NCBI GenBank assembly: GCA_963662285.2
Contig: CAXXMV010000006.1
Location: 1,408,001 to 1,472,000 of the forward strand
Direction: 5' to 3'
DNA: 64,000 bases
Origin: a bacterium
Lineage (GTDB): Bacteria; Hinthialibacterota; Hinthialibacteria; Hinthialibacterales; Hinthialibacteraceae
The notes below the pieces were generated by a model. That model made no database searches. It had not been told where the DNA came from and saw only the letters and a list, made by a program, of their open reading frames with translations. Position 1 is the stretch's first letter, and the number at the start of each line of letters is the position of its first letter. The translations under genes and the position numbers were made by a program. This document shows positions 58,657 through 64,000 of this stretch, one piece after another.

Positions 58657-59979
58657 ATGAAAAAAACAAATCACTTACGCAGAAATTTCTTGAAGGGCGC
58701 TTTGGCGGCAGCTGTAGCTCCCTCTTTTGTGCCTTCTACCGTGTTTGGCGCAACCGCTCCCAGCAATAAATTCACTATGGGATTTCTCGGTACAGGCAAC
58801 AACGGTACTAACTGGCTGAGGGGATTCCTAAAAGATGAACGGGTGCGCGTCATAGCAGTGTGCGACGTTAATCGCGAAGGCCCTGGTTACTGGGATAATT
58901 CAATACGCGGACGGGATGTCGCCAAGCGCATCGTGGATGAGCATTACGGGGGCGTTGGTTGCGGCTCTTATGAAGATTTCCGTGATGTGATCGCGCGGGA
59001 TGATATTGATGGAATCTATATCGGGACGCCGGATCATTGGCATGCCATCATGGCTATTGCTGCGGCGAATGCAGGAAAGGATGTCTATGGTCAGAAGCCG
59101 CTTTCGCTGACTATCGCCGAAGGACGCGCTATGTCCAACGCCATCCAACGTAATGGGGTCGTCTGGCAGACGGGAAGCCAGCAGCGCTCTGATTCCAATT
59201 TCCGCCGCGCCTGTGAATTGGTGCGTAATGGCCGCATCGGAAAATTGCATACTGTTCGTTGTGGATTGCCGGGAGGCATGCCGGATTATGGTCATACTGC
59301 GAATCTGACTGATCCTGCGCAGGTTCCCAAAGGATTCAATTATGATATGTGGCTTGGACCATCGGAAGAAGAATATTATTGCCCGGCTCGCGTTGGAGTC
59401 AATTTCCGGTGGAATCTAAATCATTCCGGCGGCCAACTGACTGACTGGGGCGGCCATCATCCCGATATCGCCCAGTGGGGCATGGATACGGAATATACCG
59501 GACCAGTCGCTATCAAGAATCCCAAGGCCAAATGGGCGGAGCATCCTGTTTATAACACTGCTACGGAATACTATTTCGAATGCGAATACAAAAACGGCCT
59601 GAAATTGATTATTTCCGATAAGGAAAAAGGCGGCGTAACATTTGAAGGATCGGACGGCTGGGTTTGGGCTAACCGGGGAAATCATAAAGCCAGTTCTAAA
59701 GAAATTCTTGAATCGAAGATTGAGGATAACGAGATTCATTTGTATGAAAGCGATGATCATATCACTAACTTCGTCGATTGCGTCTTCTCACGCAAAGAGA
59801 CCATTGCGCCGGTAGAGGTAGCCCACCGTTCTATCTCTCTGGCTCATCTTGGCAATATCGCCATGATTCTGGGACGTGATATAAAATGGGACCCGGAAAA
59901 AGAGAAGATAATTGGAGATGGCGGAGCGAATTTCTTGTTGAAGCGGGCTTACCGCGCTCCCTGGGTTTTGGAAGCATAA
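58657..59979 (+). CDS. Gfo/Idh/MocA family oxidoreductase, Tat-exported
   Basis: LRRNFL; LGTGNNG; TPDHWH; GQKP; QTGSQQRS; DWGGHHPD. Confidence 0.92.
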   Translation: MKKTNHLRRNFLKGALAAAVAPSFVPSTVFGATAPSNKFTMGFLGTGNNGTNWLRGFLKDERVRVIAVCDVNREGPGYWDNSIRGRDVAKRIVDEHYGGVGCGSYEDFRDVIARDDIDGIYIGTPDHWHAIMAIAAANAGKDVYGQKPLSLTIAEGRAMSNAIQRNGVVWQTGSQQRSDSNFRRACELVRNGRIGKLHTVRCGLPGGMPDYGHTANLTDPAQVPKGFNYDMWLGPSEEEYYCPARVGVNFRWNLNHSGGQLTDWGGHHPDIAQWGMDTEYTGPVAIKNPKAKWAEHPVYNTATEYYFECEYKNGLKLIISDKEKGGVTFEGSDGWVWANRGNHKASSKEILESKIEDNEIHLYESDDHITNFVDCVFSRKETIAPVEVAHRSISLAHLGNIAMILGRDIKWDPEKEKIIGDGGANFLLKRAYRAPWVLEA

Positions 59980-60027
59980 TTTTTGTTGTTTATCTATAAA
60001 CGGCAAGTAAAATGCTACTGAATTAAT

Positions 60028-60057
60028 CTCAAGCCCCTGATTTTTTAGGGGCTTGAG
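60028..60057 (+). terminator. Probable intrinsic terminator of the 56256-59979 operon
   Basis: CTCAAGCCCCT / AGGGGCTTGAG stem followed by an AT-rich tract. Confidence 0.65.
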
Positions 60058-60405
60058 TTATAATGTTATACATAGAAACAAACTGCCGGATAGAACAACG
60101 CGTGTAATAATCTATTATCTATGTTTAGATCAAGATAATATGCGTAACGTTGAGGCGAACAGAAAGCCTCCTTGATATATTGCAGATTCTTTCCAGGAAT
60201 AGTAGATAGAATTATTATCAATTAAACTTCGTTCATTGAATTATGTTTTTTTCTTATTAATTCTAATATGCAAAATTTTTTCATGATTTTGTTTGCTGCT
60301 ATCTCCTTTATTATTACTTTCAACATTGAATGGTCTTGGATGGATGTGTTTATTTGTTACTAAGACTGACTGATAAACTCTTGTTTTATGGAATTGAGGT
60401 GAATT

Positions 60406-61353
60406 ATGCCTATTGTAAGTTTATTTTGCGCATCGCATTGCCATGGCGAGGAAATCGCAAAGCGAATTTCTCAAAATCTTGGATGCGAATTAATTGAAAA
60501 TAAAATAATTAAATTAGCTGCAGAACGATTTGATGTTGATTATGATAAATTGCTTCGTTCCATGCATGGTCAAGTATCAATTTTTAATAATATTAGCCAC
60601 GAAAGAGAACGATGCATCGAATATATCAGAATGGCCTTTGCCGCAAGATCCAAGCAAGACGATTTTATCTACTCTGGTTTTGCCGGTCATTTAATGCCTC
60701 GAAAATTCAATCATATTCTGCATGTTTGCATCGTCGCCAATAATGACTATCGGATTCGGCAAGCTGTAAAAGGTGATAACCTAAATGAAAAAGAAGCTCT
60801 ACGTCGTATTCAGATAGATAACAAACAGCGCTTCGAGTGGACTAACTATTTACATAATTCCAATCCATGGGATCAATCATTATACGATATAAAAATCCCT
60901 ATTCATATTATGCCGGTTGATAAAGCGGTAGACCTGATTTGCGAACATGCCATGGTTTCTATCCCTGAACCTGCGCAGAATATTATGCAGGACATTGAAG
61001 ATGAAATCACCAAATGCAAAGTGAAAATTTTATTGCAAGACAAAGGCTATGATGTCAATGTCTCATGCATTGATGGCATGGTCACTGTTCAACTTAATAA
61101 ATTCACTCTGCGATTGGAAAGAATGAAAACCAAAATTGCCAAACTGGTCAAATCATATCTATGTATTGAGGATATAGAAATACGCGCCGGTTCCTGTTTC
61201 AACCGTCCCCGGATTTCTCCTTACGATTTTGAGATTCCTTCCAAGGTTTTACCAGTTGATGATGAAAAAGATTATGTTCTTACTATGTCTAAACGCCTGC
61301 AAACAGAGGAATATAATCATTTTTTTGAAACCTTTGAATCCGTATTATTGTAA
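60406..61353 (+). CDS. Cytidylate kinase-like (Cytidylate_kin2) protein with a truncated receiver-domain remnant
   Basis: S....C.GEEIA..I...LG, HILHVCIVA...RI, D..R..W...L....PWD.SLYD..I. The C-terminal SKVLPVDDEKDYVLTMSKRL looks like the first strand and helix of a REC domain and then stops. Confidence 0.7.
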   Translation: MPIVSLFCASHCHGEEIAKRISQNLGCELIENKIIKLAAERFDVDYDKLLRSMHGQVSIFNNISHERERCIEYIRMAFAARSKQDDFIYSGFAGHLMPRKFNHILHVCIVANNDYRIRQAVKGDNLNEKEALRRIQIDNKQRFEWTNYLHNSNPWDQSLYDIKIPIHIMPVDKAVDLICEHAMVSIPEPAQNIMQDIEDEITKCKVKILLQDKGYDVNVSCIDGMVTVQLNKFTLRLERMKTKIAKLVKSYLCIEDIEIRAGSCFNRPRISPYDFEIPSKVLPVDDEKDYVLTMSKRLQTEEYNHFFETFESVLL

Positions 61354-61533
61354 TGCCTGTATGGAAATACCCCTTCTTCATTGTCGTACTCAAATTATGT
61401 CTTAAACCTCAGATATTCAGCAGTTCTCTTTGATCTAGCATATTGCGCGCAATAAGGCCGCGCTCTATCTATAAGATATGTAAATGTGTTAATATCGAAG
61501 TTGGATTTTATTAAAATATCTTAAGGTGAACTG

Positions 61534-63840
61534 ATGAAAAAGACTGGTCTGATAATATTTATTTGGGCGATGGCCGCGTCAATTTGTTATGCGGTTAGTT
61601 TGGATAAACAGCTGCGTAATCCGATTCCAGTTAATACGGCTGAAGCGGTATTGGAAATATTCTGGGATCCCGATATCAGCGATTTTTCACAATGGGAAAT
61701 TACTCCTGGTGAAGCCCATGGTCTGAAAATTTTTCAAAATTGGGGCGCAGTGGATTTCCAATGGACGGTGAAACCGAAACAAGGTCCGGCGCTTCAGATG
61801 AAACGGCAGGTTTGGGCTGATTGCTCGAAATACGATAGTTTGATTCTTAGCCTGACAACCCCTCAACAATCTATAGTGAAAATAATCGCCGGTACTGATA
61901 AGGGAGCAATTACTTTTACATCCAAACCATCCGAAGGTAAAAAATTAGAATTACTGATGGATTTAAATGGCGCCCGAATAATTGAAGAACTTACATTGGA
62001 AATCTATGCGCAGGATGAAGGTATTTCCGCCGGATGGTTGAACTGGATAATGCTGCAAAACTCAGAACAACTAAAAATCCATTTAGACCAGTGGAACCAT
62101 TTTGATGATAAATGGATAAAACATCTTAAATCTGAAGATTATCAACCTTCTTTTGATCCGGCATACGGAATATTTCTAACCAAAGATGAGGTTGACTTAT
62201 TGCGGGATATTCATAAAAAACAGATGAAGGAACATGGGGAATCTTATTTCTCGCGATTGGCGCTGAGCGCACGGAATTATCAGCCCGAAAAAGCCATAAA
62301 GCAATTCGCGCGGGGCAATACCCGACTTAGAGATGATAATGCTTCGGGATTTTCAAGCATTGCAAGAAAGGCCGCTGTTGCTGCTATTGTTCTAAAAGAT
62401 AAGGAACTGCTGCGTATCGCGGCGCGTAATGCGCTTTCTCTGGCGGTCAGCCAGTATTGGGATCATGGTTTCAATACCCAGTTTCCATTATCCGGCTGGG
62501 AACTGAGAGCGTTTAAGCGGTCTTATTGTATGGAAGATACAGCATGGATAATGGATCTTGCCGGAGAATTGTTTACGACTGCGGGGCGTCGATTAGTGCT
62601 TCGTAAACTATCTGAAGAAGGGGCTGGTCCGATCAATTTTTGCACCTGGCGGCATGAGTATATTTTCGATTGCAATCAGCTGGCATTTTTTAATACAGGG
62701 CGCATGGCAGGGTATCTGGTGCTTGAAAGAGAATATCCCAGAGTTAAATCATATACTGATATTGCGTTTAATGAATCAATCGAAAATATCGAGCGCGCCA
62801 TTGCTTCTGACGGCGGTTACTATGAAGGTCCTGGATATTTCTCCAGCGTGGTTCGGCGCAATTGCATGGTCATTCAACAATACGCCAAAGCGCGCGGCGT
62901 GGATTATTCCGCCGTACTCCCTGAAATCTTGAAGCGAACTGATCAATTCGCCTGCGCTATTGCATCCACGACTGATAAAGATCACCTGGCAATCTGCGAT
63001 GGCGACGATGACGGCCTTGATCTTCAGGCCATGTTGATTCTCGCCGCGCTGATGCCTGACAGTTATTGGGTGACGATGAGCCATAAAATGATGAATCGCA
63101 TGACGCCGGGAAGTATGGACCCTTTCGACCTTCTCTTAAGCAGACAGATACCTCCTCAAGGCCCTGTCTTGCCTGAATTTGTCTTTTTGCCGGAAACCGG
63201 ATACATGTGTTCCCATCGAAAATTAGATGGTAAAGATGTGAAACTATTTATTATGGGCAATATGAAAGGCGCTGATCACTGCCATGAAGATAAGGGCAGC
63301 TTCATTCTTGAGTATGCCGGAGATTGTTTCGCCGTAGATATCGGCATCGGTAGTTACAAAGATCCATTGCATTTTCCTTATAAGCATTGTCAACGCCATA
63401 ATATGCTGGTTCCGATTGATGATGGCGTGCGCGTGGCGCCGAAGAATCCCATACCTTTTGATATTAAGCCCGTTGGGCAGGGTGATAGCCAAAAGTTCGC
63501 CGCTGAAATTGATGCGTCTGTCGGTTGGAACGGCTATTATAAAAAATGGGTTCGACGATGGAACTCACCTTCGCCAGACCTGATTATTATCGAAGATGAG
63601 TATGAACTCAGTAAAGGGAAGGGCGTAGAGTTTTATTGGCAGACGCTTTTACCCTGCAAGATAAACGGACGTATGGTGGAGATTCAAGGAAAGAATGGTA
63701 CAGCAATCATCGAAGCGCCGGAAGATTGCGGCATCAGAATTGAACAGTTGCCCATGCAGAAAGGCGCCGAACAAAACCGGATCGCCATAAGAAAATTATC
63801 ACGATCCGGTACATTGAAAATATCTGTCAGACTGCAATGA
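61534..63840 (+). CDS. Heparinase II/III-like polysaccharide lyase, secreted
   Basis: Signal peptide; DGGYYEGPGY; H.HEDKGSFILE; D.G...Y; HN.LVP in the C-terminal beta-sandwich. Confidence 0.72.
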   Translation: MKKTGLIIFIWAMAASICYAVSLDKQLRNPIPVNTAEAVLEIFWDPDISDFSQWEITPGEAHGLKIFQNWGAVDFQWTVKPKQGPALQMKRQVWADCSKYDSLILSLTTPQQSIVKIIAGTDKGAITFTSKPSEGKKLELLMDLNGARIIEELTLEIYAQDEGISAGWLNWIMLQNSEQLKIHLDQWNHFDDKWIKHLKSEDYQPSFDPAYGIFLTKDEVDLLRDIHKKQMKEHGESYFSRLALSARNYQPEKAIKQFARGNTRLRDDNASGFSSIARKAAVAAIVLKDKELLRIAARNALSLAVSQYWDHGFNTQFPLSGWELRAFKRSYCMEDTAWIMDLAGELFTTAGRRLVLRKLSEEGAGPINFCTWRHEYIFDCNQLAFFNTGRMAGYLVLEREYPRVKSYTDIAFNESIENIERAIASDGGYYEGPGYFSSVVRRNCMVIQQYAKARGVDYSAVLPEILKRTDQFACAIASTTDKDHLAICDGDDDGLDLQAMLILAALMPDSYWVTMSHKMMNRMTPGSMDPFDLLLSRQIPPQGPVLPEFVFLPETGYMCSHRKLDGKDVKLFIMGNMKGADHCHEDKGSFILEYAGDCFAVDIGIGSYKDPLHFPYKHCQRHNMLVPIDDGVRVAPKNPIPFDIKPVGQGDSQKFAAEIDASVGWNGYYKKWVRRWNSPSPDLIIIEDEYELSKGKGVEFYWQTLLPCKINGRMVEIQGKNGTAIIEAPEDCGIRIEQLPMQKGAEQNRIAIRKLSRSGTLKISVRLQ

Positions 63841-63854
63841 GGCGGTGGTATTCT

Positions 63855-64000
63855 TTACCAGTCAACATCATCTGGAAAGATGCTGTTGTGTTTGACGCCG
63901 ATACGCTTTTGCGCCATCCAGTCTTGCACCGTTTCACGCCAGTCGAGGTAATGCTGGGTTTGTTGATGGATGCTGAAATCTTTTGGTGTTTTATAACATT
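63855..64000 (-). CDS. LsrG-like/antibiotic biosynthesis monooxygenase family protein (3' end only)
   Basis: Manual translation gives ...CYKTPKDFSIHQQTQHYLDWRETVQDWMAQKRIGVKHNSIFPDDVDW-stop, matching the H..T.HY..WR..V...MA..R pattern. Confidence 0.75.
   Translation of the reverse strand, partial: CYKTPKDFSIHQQTQHYLDWRETVQDWMAQKRIGVKHNSIFPDDVDW

Noticed and set aside
329-63492. Numerous 60-190 aa ORFs overlapping larger genes on the opposite strand or in other frames
   Set aside because: They are shadow ORFs with no motifs or RBS, fully overlapped by well-supported genes.

Overview
This is a bacterial chromosomal window of moderate GC with no rRNA, tRNA or CRISPR array seen. The content suggests a diderm carbohydrate degrader: three sulfatases, four Tat-exported Gfo/Idh/MocA oxidoreductases, TIM-barrel sugar isomerases, ThuA, a heparinase II/III-like protein and a propeller/Y_Y_Y sensor kinase. 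The orphan pseudopilin and secreted acidic proteins ending in '...VDWDIY'/'...IDDFMLY' resemble Ca. Hinthialibacterota/Sumerlaeota-like lineages (inference only). Housekeeping genes include tex (partial), deaD, cheV, a split transketolase, an RfaE-II adenylyltransferase, mlaE and a TolC-family protein. Highlights: (1) An AT-rich defence island at about 42.9-48.9 kb holds a RelE/YafQ-type TA pair, a RloB/AAA-ATPase pair, and a compact, catalytically dead 633-aa prokaryotic Argonaute followed by a stand-alone SIR2 NADase. The Argonaute promoter is near-consensus and overlaid by a perfect 12-bp palindrome. (2) A Roco (LRR-Roc-COR) gene has mosaic 69-bp LRR units and a C-terminal module that has its own RBS/ATG, a G/N-rich amyloid-like motif and an amphipathic tail. 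(3) A 351-bp IS50-like MITE has 19-bp ends and a 10-bp target duplication. (4) A 106-bp orphan copy of a sulfatase 3' end differs only at synonymous sites and abuts a REP. (5) At least three families of dispersed palindromic repeats punctuate the intergenic spaces. All calls come from reading motifs by eye; no database search was run.
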